This document shows positions 12,335 through 24,400 of a stretch of 32,201 bases of DNA, in pieces; position 1 is the first letter of the stretch; each line of letters opens with the position of its first letter. The position numbers and the translations under genes were made by a program. Source of the DNA: Vicugna vicugna. Taxonomy: Eukaryota. The stretch is taken from contig MU057937.1 in assembly GCA_013265495.1 (NCBI GenBank), positions 1 through 32,201 on the forward strand, written 5' to 3'. The notes below the pieces were generated by a model. The model saw nothing but the letters and a program-made list of their open reading frames with translations, had not been told where the DNA came from and searched no databases.

Positions 12335-12660
12335 AGAAATTGTATTTTTCCAGCTGCTTTACAAGTAAGTGTGGACACATGATTAAGTTTGAACATGGAC
12401 TGTGAGCAGAAGCACATGTATGTCACTGAAATTGAGCTGTAGAACTCTGAGCCTTGCTCCACAAGTTTCTTTCCCCTTCTTATTATCTGGATCACAGATG
12501 TGGCCATAGCCAACTTCTGACCTTGCAGATAAGCGCAAAGTCTTAGTGGGTTCAGAACACCAGACTGGAAGGAAACTGGATCCCTGAATGACCCAGTGGA
12601 TAAATGCTTCTTCATAAGCCTTGAATGTTAGAACTTTTTCATGCCCTTTAGACCACAGCA
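12335..12660. mobile_element. Probable old MaLR (MLT1-type) solo LTR
   Basis: Motifs ttccagctgc..gtggacacatgattaagtt, gagcagaagc and ggaaggaaactggatccctgaatgac resemble MLT1 LTRs as recalled; not checked against a library. Confidence 0.6.
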
Positions 12661-14329
12661 ACACCCATCTGATTGATCTCTATGTCCAGTATCCACCTTA
12701 TTCCCTCTCTCCTCCTGCCATCAGAGAGATGGGCATGCTTAATAATAACCCTCAAGACTACCTGTGTGTGAAATAAAGCCCATGACTCAGATCCCAGCTG
12801 AGCTTTCAAACTCTATCTCCATGAACTGTGACACTGGCTACATTGGATCCTGGCTGACTCCTGGAAGTCCCTCCCAGCACTGTTAGGTTTACTTAGTCCC
12901 CTCCCACTCCCTTGGATTACACGTCCTGGTAAAATGTACCCTGATGTGTTGCAGGAACACCGTAGCATTTCCCAATTTTAATACTACCCAATAAAGGCTT
13001 TGTAAAATACTGATCCTCTAATTTCATCATGATATCTTAAAAGAAGAGCATATTTTAACAGTTAAAATTAGGCAGGATTAGATATAAGCTCATATTAAAA
13101 GACAAGGTTTTCATGAAAAATGTGATTGCTTTCATATCAGAGGAAATGGATATACTTAAATTTTTTAAATTAGAAATTTGTTTCCTGATAATTTTTATAA
13201 GTAATGGCTTTCTCAATTCATCTGTCATGTGAAGAATCTATTTTTGACAGTATTACAAAAAGTGAATCTGTAACATCTAACTGTTAGTACTTAGTTGTTG
13301 TTGTTGTTGTTTTAATAGTATTGCCAAAGGGCCAGCTTCTCACAAAGATACTGGTGACAGTGGAATTAACACTTTCAATGTCTTTTCATCCACTCAGAAT
13401 ATTCTGGGCAAAACAAAACAAAACTATCGAACCTAAGAGCACAAAAATTCCATGATGCAGTTCCTGTCTATCTCCATAGAGAAGGTCACAGATGTAGTAA
13501 GACAGTAATTGATCACATAATTCTAGTTCTGTAGTTCAATATGGAGAAATGCCTTATGTTCTTATATTTTCAGTTTCCTCAGAATTATTGCTCACACTAA
13601 CATTCAATGATTATCAGAAGTACCGTAACAGAGAAAACACTGACAACTGAAACAAAATGTTTGATGATTTGACAGATGTTTTAAATTTGTTGTAGGTTAC
13701 GATCGCTTCATACATTTAAATAAATATTTACTTTTTGATTTTTATTTTTGCATCTTTGAAAGTGAACTGTGAAAATATATAAACCCAGCCCCTGCCCAAT
13801 TCTGCATCCAGCCTAATGAAAAACAATGGAAGAATGAGCCTCTTAATGATTGTGATTATTTTCACCTATAAAATTATATGTTTTATAAATGTATACGTTC
13901 ACGCCTAAGTGTGGGGCACCTTTGGACACGAGAGCTCTTCTGACTTGGGCTCCAGGATGGCCTGAATGTTACTGTTTGAAGTGACCCCCACATTAGTCAG
14001 AGGGCTGGAAGCAGTGGGGAACATGAGAATGTTGCTTAGCACTTCATAGACTAAAGGGACATCCAAGTCTCTTGGTGTCATGAAATGTCCCTCTCATCGA
14101 GATGAAAATTACAAAGTAGAGCCTCCCTCAGATGTGGGAATGTTAGACCTGGGAGATCCTCAGACACCTCGCTGTTTGCTGTCATCTTGTCTACGTATAA
14201 ACAAGAAATGTCTTCTTCCAGTTAAATAAGTTAATCCTAGATTCATAGCTTCCTCTAGGCACCATGCAGGTCCTCCCCTTCTACGTGGTGACAAACTGCT
14301 TTCTGCATCTCTTTTTTCTTTCACGGCTA

Positions 14330-14830
14330 CACCTCCACCCAATCTGTGTCCTCTTCCCATCATTTCACTAAATCTGCCCTCATCAAGGTTGCTGATCACC
14401 TTCATTTGGACTCCTCAGAATACATGCATATAATTCAACCCTCAGCAATCTCTATCCCATTTCCTGAAAATTTCATCCCTTGCTTATTTTTCTCCAAAGC
14501 ACATACCATCATCTAACACACATATGGACTTTGATTTTTTTTTTTTTTTGGTAAATTACCTGACGACTCCACGAGAGTAGAGCTGCTTGGGGCAGGGATT
14601 TTACCACTTTGTTCACTTTTGGACCCTGAGCCCTTTGAACTCTGCCCAGCACAAGGTAGGGACTCTGCAAATATTGGTTGAATTAATGGGACGTCATGTT
14701 GTCCTGGAACTCTTAGAACGTTTTCTGGTCACTTCTCTCATCTCCTTCATGTCCCATCTGGCCTCTGCTGACCCCTAAAATGTTAGCATTCTCAAGGCTC
14801 TAGCACCCATCCTTTGCTTTCCTCATTCTA
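14330..14830 (+). mobile_element. Degenerate LINE-2 fragments
   Basis: L2-like ctgccctcatcaaggttgctgatcacc and 3' end ggggcagggatttt..gcccagcacaaggtagg..aaatattggttgaattaatg. Confidence 0.6.
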
Positions 14831-15449
14831 TTCATTTTACACATCACGTGCATCACTAAAACGTAAGTAGTTCTGTTGTCTAACAAATCCTGCCCACTTA
14901 CCTGGGCATTTGGGCCTCATTATGGATTCTGCAACTACCTTTCAAGACTCAGTTCTCACTCCTCTGCTACTGCAAACCTGTTTCTGGCCTGGACCAGGGT
15001 GATAGCTCAACACTCTCCTTCCTCTGATGGCAGCTTCCCCATTGAATGGTCCTCCTCTTAGGATGACACAGATAGGGAAACACAGTGGTACATGAAGGTG
15101 ACCAGGAATATAGGCTTGTCACCTCTGCCCTCTCACAAATTCTGCTTATGAATGCATGCTTTTTCTTTCTTCTTGCTCATTGGATAAAAATATACAGGTT
15201 AATAGAAGTTACATTAATTCTGTAATGTTATGGCATTTAGTTTCTAAAGGTATGTGGTGAATTAGGGACATAAAAGGTTTCTTAAAATTCTTAATATGCA
15301 TAAAGACTGGATTGCCTGTCTTTGCTGAAATGGAAGCAACTCCTCTCCCTGTTGGGCTGTTACTTTCTAACAAATTTAATCCCTGTGGTCCGTGGGCAAA
15401 GTGGACCACCTGCTGTCACTGGATGCTGTTTACTTCTCCTCCCTTGCAG

Positions 15450-15571
15450 GCTTCCATCTGGGCTGTACCGTAAGATCTGAATCTGAGACATCTAGATATG
15501 TTATAGACCCCTTCCTTAAAACTCTGGTCCTTTTAGATACAGATGTACTGGACAGTGAGGATCATGGAAAA
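15450..15571 (+). pseudogene. GBP7-like exon 3 remnant
   Basis: cccttgcag|GC TTC CAT CTG GGC TGT ACC GTA AGA TCT GAA = GFHLGCTVRSE, then TLVLLDTD (cf. GFPLGCTVKSE..TLILLDTEG). The middle is frameshifted or deleted and no donor is recognisable. Confidence 0.85.
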
Positions 15572-16072
15572 CCATCTTTGCTCTTGCCTTTTAATTTGCC
15601 ATGTTAATTTGACTTTTATGACGTATTCCTGCAAAATGTAAACCCAAGTTGTAGATAATGAAGTTAAATTCTCTTACTTTAAACATATTTCTGTGATCAG
15701 TAGAAATACATTTGTATTTCAGGGCGAAATTTTCATCTTATTTTTAAAACTGTGGAGAATAACACAATTTAGTAAATGCTTTATTTAACAGGTGAATCCA
15801 GGGCTTTGTATTAAGTCCTATAGACACTACTGTGAGGAATGTAATGGACCAGAGGCTAGTTGAGGGGAAAACAGTTCAAAGCATGATCAGTATAGGATGC
15901 CATGGATGCAGCCCAATTGTACACGTAGAGAAAGTTTCATGATTAGACAAAAATCTAAACTGTAACCCATAAGGTTGATGGGAGATACCAATTAAAATGT
16001 GTGGAGTTATGAGGTTGAATATAAGAGCCTTGAAAATAGGATTCCAATGAAGGAATGTACATAAATTGTATT

Positions 16073-17710
16073 CATTCACAGAACTAGAACAAATCATAAT
16101 AAAATTTATATGGAATCATAGAAGACCGTGAATTGCCAAAGCATTTCTGAAGAAAAAGAATGTGGCTGGAGGAATAACCCTCCCAGACTTAAGGCAATAC
16201 TACAGAGTTACAGTAAGAAAAACAGCATTGTACCATTACAAAAACAGACATATGGATCAATGGAATAGAATAGAGAACCCAGAAATGAACCTGCAATGTT
16301 TTGGTCAATCTATCATTGACAAAGGAAGCAAGAACATACAACGGAATAAAGGCAGTCTCTTCAGCAAATCGTGTTGGGAAAACTGGACAGCAGCATTTAA
16401 ATCATTGAAGCTACAATACACCCTCACACCATACACAGAAATAAATTCAAAATGGATCAAAGACTTAAACATAGGTCAAGACACAGTAAACCTCCTAGAA
16501 GAAAATATAAGCAAAACATTATCTCACATACATCTCAGCAATATTCTCCTAGTGCGGTCTACTCAAGCAATAGAAATAAAAGCAAAAATAAACAAATGGG
16601 ACCTAATTAAACTTACAAGCTTTGCACAAAATGACAACCTACAGAATGGGAGGAAGTATTTGCAAAAGATGTAAGTGACAAAGGGTTCATCTACAGAATA
16701 TATAAGCAGCTCTTACAAGTTAATAGGAAAAAAAGAAACAACCCAATCCCCAAATGGGCAGAAGACCTAAACAAGCAGTTCTCTAATGAAGACATACGAA
16801 TGATCAATAGGCACATGAAAAAATGCTCAGTATCACTAATTATCAGAGAAACGCAAATCAAAACTACAATGAGGTATCACCTCACACCAGTCAGAATGTC
16901 CATCATTCAAATGTCAACAAATGATAAATGCTGGAGAGGCTGTGGAGAAAAGGGAAACCTCCTATAATGTTACACTGTTGTTGGGAATGCAGTTTGGTTC
17001 CGACATTGTGGAAAACAATATGGAGATTCCTCAAAAGACTAGAAATAGACTTACCATATGACCCAGCAATCCCACTCCTGGGTTATATCCAGAAGAAACC
17101 CTAATTCAAATAGTCACCCACACCCTAATATTCACAGCAGCACTATTTACAATAGCCCAAACATGGAAACAGCCTAAATGTCCATTGATTGATAGCTGGA
17201 TAAAGAAGAAGTGGTATATTTATACAATGGAATACTATGCAGCCATAAAATGACAACATAATGCCATCTGCAGCAAGATGGATGTCCCGGGAAAATGTCT
17301 TCTAAGTGAAGTAAGGTAGAAAGAGAAAGAAAAATACCATATGATATCTCTCATATGCGGAATCTAGAAAAAAATAAACAAACAAAGAAAGCAAGACAAA
17401 TGAACTTAAATATAAAAGAGAAACAGACTCACAGACATGGAATACAAACTTGTGGTTGCCAGGGGGGAGTTGGGTGGGAACGAATAGACTGGGCATTGGA
17501 GATTTGCAGGTAATGACAGGTATATACAAAACAGAGAAACAAGTTTATACTGCATAGCACAGGGAATTATATTCAAGATCTTGTAGTAGCTCATGGTGAA
17601 AAAAAATCTGAAAATGAATATATGAGTATTTACATATGAATGAAAAATTGTGCTGTACACCAGAAATTGACACAACGTTGTGAACTGACTATAACTCAAT
17701 TAAAAAAGCA
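16073..17710 (+). mobile_element. 5'-truncated L1 (ORF2 3' third plus 3'UTR) in intron 3 of the GBP7-like pseudogene
   Basis: ORF 16162..16674 matches L1 ORF2 (GGITLPD, DQWNRIE, WDLIKL). 12-bp TSD ATAAATTGTATT at 16061-16072 and 17711-17722. Confidence 0.95.
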
Positions 17711-18619
17711 ATAAATTGTATTTAGTAAAGCTTTAGCTGCACTAGAAACATTCATAAAGGTTTTGGTCTAAGTTTTGGGCTTTGAAGATTGATTCTTCAC
17801 TGAGTTCTAAAAAGCAGGAGCTTGACCGAAGGAAAACATAGTAAATGTGATAATTTTAGGTACACTGACTTTCTCTGTTAGTGAAATTGATAATTTTGAT
17901 ATTACTCGAGTCAGAGTCTACATTGAAAGTAGAAACAGCAGATTGGAGACCCCCATTATTGAAAAAAAGGGAGGGGGAGGATTTAGAAATTATGAATTAA
18001 CATTATTTTTAGTTTAAAAATTGGAAAATGTTTTCAATTATATTTAAAAATTTCAGTTTAAAGTCTAAAACTTAGATGGGCTCAATGTTGAAATTGATTG
18101 TACTTTGACCTAAGCTTATTTTTATCTGACTGCATTTGTTTAGGGGACCAAGATATATGAAACTGTAACTGACTGGTGGAGGTAGAGCTGCTTGCTAATC
18201 TCAGCACTTGTAGTGGGATCTGGGTGGTAGCTAATTCCATGTGCCCAGCCTTCAGGGTTCTTCACATCATACCCCGACTCTCCTTGTCTTCCACTCCCAC
18301 AGAGCGATTCACTGCCTCAGCCAAATGTCATAAATCTTCCACACTTTGATGTGATGGTGCTTTTAACAATTCTGACTCGGCTTGTGTTGGTTCTTCTGCC
18401 TGCATGATCCTCTTACCTCCACTGATCTACATTGTGCCAGTTCTGTAGTGCCCAGCTATTTCCCCTACTTCCATCATTTCATAATCAGATGTAGACTCCT
18501 CTTGCTCTGTCTTGAAAAGATACTTGCTTTTGTTAACTGAATTTACTCCTTTGTGTTTTACACTATAGCTTTGGTTCCACTGCTGGCATAGATGATAAAC
18601 TTAGTCACAGTGTTATGTT

Positions 18620-18890
18620 TATTTTAGTGGTCTGCCCATCCAGAAAGTCATTTTCTTGAGGACAAGGACTGTCACATGGAACTTTGCATAAACACAACTA
18701 AATACACTGCCCGGTATTTAGCAGACACCCAATGAATTGTTGTTGAATTGATTCAAATAGCATTGTGTTTCCAAGATTGCCATGATAAATAAAATTTGCT
18801 AAAGATATAATACCCTGCTTATTAGTTCACACCTACTGTGTACTAGTCCTTGAATGAATGCATTAAATATTGATTGAATGAATGAATGAA
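18620..18890 (+). mobile_element. Degenerate L2 3'-end fragments
   Basis: ttcttgaggacaaggactgtc, tgttgttgaattga and taaatatttgattgaatgaatgaatgaa tails. Confidence 0.55.
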
Positions 18891-18935
18891 AGAAGATCAA
18901 AGTTCTTAGCCCCCTTGCTCTAATACACTTTCTAG

Positions 18936-19028
18936 GGTCAGTCTAAGAGTGACTCATGGACCCTTGCACTGGCCGTGCTTCTGAGTAGCAATTTTTCCTA
19001 CAGTAGCATGGGCACCATCATTGAGCAG
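18936..19028 (+). pseudogene. GBP7-like exon 4 remnant
   Basis: ttctag|GGT CAG TCT AAG AGT GAC TCA TGG.. = GQSKSDSWTLALAVLLSSNFSYSSMGTI. The 3' end and its donor are lost; TAA follows shortly. Confidence 0.9.
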
Positions 19029-19216
19029 GAGGACTAACCCTCTAAGTTTTACTGAGATCACAGTTATGACAACTGAGACTGTTTCTTCCTTCCTGGGACT
19101 CAGTCATCATGATTGGAAAGGGGACACTAGGAAAAAGTTAATATTTATAAAAAATTTTTATGAGATCTGAAAATTCACAATGTAGAACTCTTCTCCTTCC
19201 TTAGCTCAGTTCCCAG

Positions 19217-19411
19217 CTCTGTGACTCAACTTACACAGCCATTTAGGGCAAAACCTTCTGTGACACCCGATGAAGTAGAAGGTTCCACTGAGGTTTTACA
19301 TTTTTCCCCAGGCTTTGTTGGGACTCTCTGGATTTCATGCTGGTGATGAAAATAGATGGACACCTCATCATTGAAAATGAGTACTGGAAGATGCTTTGAA
19401 GCTGATTCCAG
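19217..19411 (+). pseudogene. GBP7-like exon 5 remnant
   Basis: SVTQLTQPFRAKPSVTPDEVEGSTEVLHFSPGFVGTL/DFMLVMKIDGHLIIENEY/EDALKLIPG with two 1-bp deletions (~19330, ~19385); AG at 19215-19216, GT at 19412. Confidence 0.92.
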
Positions 19412-19618
19412 GTACCAGAGCATGGCCTGTGTGGTGGCTGGTTTAGTAGTGGATAGGTTCAACTGAGTACCATCATTCAGAACTTGACTTCAATCTCAAT
19501 TGGAGCCTGGACTGAGAGCCATGCTAATGGTGGTGATTGTTAAGTGGCAACTGGTGATTGATATTCTTGGGTTATTACTTGTAAAACTTCTGTGCTGGAT
19601 TAGCTCTCTGAAGAAATT

Positions 19619-20003
19619 TGTACTAGTCAGTGTTTTCTAGAAAAACAGAATACACACACACACACACACACACATATACATATTATACGTAGAAATTATA
19701 TATAATTATAAGAGTTATAAGAATTGGCTCATTCAATTATGGAGGCCAAGTAGTACCACAATCTGTTGCAAGCTGGAGAACAAAGACAGTCATTGGTGTT
19801 ATTCAGTCTGAATCTGAAGGCTTGAGACCAGGGATTGGATGATGTCCACCCGCATTCATGAAGGTGGAACTTTTTACTCTAGTAAATCAAATATGAATCC
19901 CCTCCAGAAACCCCCTCACAGACCTTCTCAGAAATACTGTTTTACCAGCTCTCTGGGTATCCCTTAGCTCTATCAACTTGACTAATACAATTAACAATCC
20001 CCA
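19619..20003 (-). mobile_element. MLT2-type (ERVL) solo LTR containing a (CA)n tract
   Basis: Motifs gaattggctca..attatggaggc, gcaagctggaga, attcagtctgaatctgaaggc, gattggatgatg, ccctcacagac and ttttaccagct..ctgggtatcccttagc match MLT2B-like LTRs as recalled; TG..CA ends. Confidence 0.8.
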
Positions 20004-20668
20004 AGTTTGAGAACCAATGTTGGGGCAAATGACTTTATACCAATTGACATCATGCAAATAATTTTCCAGGCTGCAATCAGTGCTGTAACTCCTCAAGGCT
20101 CACATACATACGTTCTGAATTTGTGCTCCTCCTATTCTGTACTGCCAAAAAGAACTCATCAGAGCAGGACTTAATAAATGTAGAATCTCAAGAAACAAAA
20201 TAATTTCATCTAAAAATATATTTCACAAAGCATATTTTGGTAGTGCCTGGACAGTTGCATTTTCCAGAAAAACAATGTGTACACACTTAAGTTTTCATCC
20301 CAAAATGACGTATCCTTCCAGAAGGCTACCGAGCCCTTCACTTTACTTTCCCTATGACCTAACTCTTCATTCTTACAACCTTTTGCACTGCAGTATCATT
20401 TTATTTACCATAGTGCATTGTTGTATTTAGCACAGTGAGTAGCTAATGGCACCTAAGAAGAATATCCATTTTTGTTTACTCATTCATTTATTCCAACAAA
20501 AACATTTATTAAAAAGTTAAACACCAGATAAGTACCACAGAACGACTCTGTAAGGCACTGTCAAGTGTGATGAAATCTGATACAGAAAAGAAGTGAGTTC
20601 CGAATTATATTTAGGTTGACCTCACTCTCTGGAGTTTTCTGTTAAGAGAATTCCCAAACACATTTATG

Positions 20669-20694
20669 GTGTGTGTGTGTGCGTATGTGTGTGT
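20669..20694. repeat. Imperfect (GT)n microsatellite
   Basis: gtgtgtgtgtgtgcgtatgtgtgtgt read directly. Confidence 0.85.
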
Positions 20695-21178
20695 ACACAC
20701 ATAACCTCTGATTTCTATATTTGTTTCACTGTTTTCCACATAGTGTTTTCTCAAGGAACATTGTATTCTCTCTGGTAGTAGTGTATTACTGTACTTTAGG
20801 GCCCTTCATTTCAGCCACAGAGACAGGAGGATCACAAGGAATTATGACCATATTTTCATTAATCTCTCATTCAATACACGTTTGCTAAATCATTCACCAA
20901 GCTCTATACCAGTGCTAAGAAAACCAACCATGAGTTTCTTCTCTTGGGTTGCCTACCTCTCCTTCTTCCCCCAAAGTACTTCCTTGACTCTTGGCCGGTG
21001 CAGAAAATGATGTTCCTTCTCTTTGCGGGATTAGCACAATTTCATTTGCAATAACATGACACTAGATTGGATTAAAGAAAATTTAAAGGCATAGGAGCTG
21101 CAATGATGCAAAAGTTCCCAGAAACAGTTTTGCCTGAAGGCTGTCCATTCATGGGTCACACTTTTGCCGTGTCTGCAG

Positions 21179-21423
21179 GTAAAAATCCCAAAGTACAGAA
21201 TTCCTACTTGCCCAGAGTGTATCAGGCAGTTCTTTCTAAAATGGAATTTTTGTCCTTGACTAGCTAACAAGTGACCAAAAGCTCTTATTTCATATCGATA
21301 AAATGCCTGAAGACCTGCTGAATAGTAATTTCCTGGGGCATTCAAACTTTTTCTAGTCCTATTTCTTCACCCATGCAAAAAAGACCAAGACCACAAAAGA
21401 AAGGGTCATTGTCACTGGGAACC
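21179..21423 (+). pseudogene. GBP7-like exon 6 remnant
   Basis: ctgcag|GKNPKVQNSYLPR/CIRQFFLK..SDQKLLFHIDKMPEDLLNSNFLGHSNFF*SYFFTHAKKTKTTKERVIVTGN. TAG stops at 21261 and 21354; donor mutated to ATGAGT (21424-21429). Confidence 0.92.
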
Positions 21424-24400
21424 ATGAGTCACCCAGGTCCCAAAGCATATCTCTTTGCTCAGTATGTCTGGTAGACCATTGGTTATACTGTGGGTTCATC
21501 AGTATATGGTTTTCCCCATAAAGCTTTAAAATTTGACTCCCTAACTTCTTCAATATAAAGCCATATGGGAGATTGGCTGGAATGGCATCTAAGTTCTCAT
21601 CCCAGATTTATAAAGTTGGTGAGTTAAGAGGAAATGTTTTCTTCAGGGTGAACTCCATTTAGGGAGAGTGCTTTATGCGGTCCCCTGCTGGAGACACTGC
21701 TGTAGCTGGAATCAACTCCTTGGAATCCTACAGGCTAAACATACTGTCTGAGCTCTGGGCCTTAGCACAGAATGCATAGACTTCTTCAAAAGACACTCTT
21801 GCTCCCCCCTCTGGTCCTCCTTGTTTGCCAGCCTCCGTTCCTCCGTATGGTCTCCTATTTCCTGACTTCCTGAGCCTGGGTGAGGTGACCCTCCTCTCTG
21901 CTGCCATTGTGCCTTCCTGTGCTCACTCCTGTCAGGAATTTCCATAGAATTGTACAGCTGAAAATTCCCTGTGCACTTTTGTCTCCCCTACCATCTCTTG
22001 ATCTCAGGGATTTGGTGTCTGTCATGTATCTTCAGTTCTCAGAGCAGAGCCCACCACGTAAGCAGCTGGTGTGGGTTGCATCAATACAGGAACAACCATG
22101 CAATGTACCATGTCCTCACTGTATTCCCCACTCCCCCAAGGTTCTCAACATCCAGGACACACTTTCAGGAACTAGTGTGGAAGGGACTCACTGATGCAGG
22201 AGGGCCGTGCACCACATGGGAACCTGCTGTCTGTTCTTTCTAAGGAACGGAAACTCCATGTGCTCTGTGTCCTCAAAATTCCTTCCATGACAGTCACCAG
22301 GAATTACAGTAGTGCCTTTTACTCACAGGGTCATTGTGGTGTTTTAAAACATAAATAAATTACCCAAATCATGAAAACTCTTCATAGTTCCACCATAGTT
22401 TAAAAAAAATCAGTTCAGGCTGTTTGTCCTGAAATAAAATCATGATTTTTCTATGAAAACAGACATCTCACTGAACATATAGCTAGCTGCAGGCTGACAG
22501 TGTGGTGGAATCTGAACATTGTCCGCTGAGCCATCAGACAGCAACTCTACTGTAAGTCCTCATTTCTTCTCTCCTTTTAAAGTAGGAGACACACAGCTCT
22601 GCGCTCCTGAGGGAGGTGAGGTAATTTTCAGCCACCTTGTAGTTTCTCCAGCCAACACTCGAAGGAGAGGTCCTAGATCTGAGCCTGTCCTGAAGCCCTT
22701 TGGTATCTCCTGGAGAAATGTGCTTCAGGCTACATGTCTGGGTGCTCTGGGAAGGGGGCGAGGGGCAGGGAACAGTGCTGTATCCCCATCAGGCTCCCCA
22801 GGACCCAGGACCAGCACACATAGTGTGCAATAGTCAACACAAGGCTGCTGGTGTGGATTTAGGGCTATTTATAGAGCAGGAGGGGATTAGGAGTGAGGCA
22901 AATGTCAGTGAGGCTGAGTGAAGGAGGAGGCCCCCAGTTTGATGTTCAAGCATAAGGTGTTATCTGTTGTCATGGGTTATATGCACCCCAATAAAGGGCT
23001 CTAGGAGAAAGGTATCTCACATACTTGAAAACTAATTCATAATCATTGAATTATTGCTGGAAAAAAAGGTCTATTTCAAGTAACTTTTCAAGAAATTGTT
23101 TTGGAAGCCAGGGTCACGATCACTCTTGCACATGGTGCTGTAATACACAAAGTTGGCAGCTTGGCACTTCTAGAATTCTATCCCGACTTTCTCAGACTTA
23201 GTCTGCATCTTGCCTCATGGGTGCTGTGTTCTCATCTGTTAGCCTGCTCTCAAGTAGGCCTCAGACAGTGTACTTAAGGAAACACTCAGGGAATAGTGGC
23301 AGGAAATTGTTAGAAATGCAAAGAAAATAGAGGAGGCCTCTCTCCAAGAATACAGGGCAGAACTTAAGAAAGCTCAGAGCTGAGTTACAGGTAAGAGTGT
23401 CAGGAGGACTCCTGCAGCCCCCTCAGTCTCAGATTAAATTCTGCCACAGCGTGAACCTTGAACATGAGAAGAAGTTAAGAGCACTACAGCCATTTCTCTG
23501 CAGCCCAGGGCAGCCCCTTTTTGTGCAGCAGAGCCCGACCCCAGGGAGGAGGCAGTGAGACGCTAAGGCAGAGGCAGCATCTTCCCTCTGGGCAGAAGCA
23601 GGGCCTCAGGCCCTAGTCCTGGACCAGGCCCGGTGGGCAGGGAGCACGGTCCTGTCCTCCTCTCCTGAGCTACTGCATGCATTAAAATGAATGGCTTCAG
23701 TATTTCTAACAAACTTGATGTATATGAACAAATGCCTTGTTGGTAATTCAGAAAACCATTCTTCCTGTGCTTAACCACCAACTTTTAACTTGGTGATTCC
23801 ACATTAGCGCAACTCACATGCTCATTATTGACCAACAGGTTTAAATTGGAGGCAGCTTGGAAACACACACAGCACACTGTTTACTGGAAATATTTTAAAG
23901 TAAATCACCACATGGATAACATACTGGTTTGTCTTCCTGTTGGACCACCAGGATAAAACAGTGGATGCCACAGCTACAGAAAATGAGTCTGGTTTCTCTC
24001 CAAACCAAGAGGGCCTATGCATTCCCTCATTCCAAGCTGCCTTTCCCATATGACCCACCTCAATGGAATAACTCTCCTGTGTGTCCACAGGTGACCACGA
24101 ATGTGTGACGGACTTTGTATATTGCCATTGCTTATTAAATATCTAGCAAACGAATGACCAAGGATTGTGGGACTCATCACCTAGCAGAAAATACTTTTTG
24201 AATAAATAAATTTCTTTTTCAAAAGAGAAATTACTTTCTTCTGGTGTATGTTTTACACTATGATAAAATATCTTTCAGTTATTGAAAAAAATTCACAATA
24301 GAGAAATACAAAAATAAAACATAATCTCTAAACCCATCAATTAAGAAGAAATAACATTAATCTTGGAGTATATACTATATGTTTCTAGGCTTTTCTATGC

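Larger units (their letters stand above)
15450..21423 (+). pseudogene. GBP7: Unprocessed GBP7-like (GBP4/6/7 clade) guanylate-binding protein pseudogene, exons 3-6
   Basis: Four colinear, decayed GTPase-domain exons (15450-~15571, 18936-~19028, 19217-19411, 21179-21423), each after an AG acceptor in the expected phase, with frameshifts and stops. Family assignment is strong; paralog assignment is moderate. Confidence 0.88.

Noticed and set aside
14055..14092. Inverted repeat agggacat..atgtccct as a miRNA or MITE
   Set aside because: Only an 8-bp arm plus a short inner stem; expected by chance.
11340..15449. Exon 2 of the GBP7-like pseudogene
   Set aside because: No VVVV/GLYRTGKS-like sequence found; it is either outside the window or deleted.
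22060..22250. GBP exon 7 remnant (gcatcaat, gacacactttcaggaact)
   Set aside because: Only two short patches of similarity with no continuous alignment.
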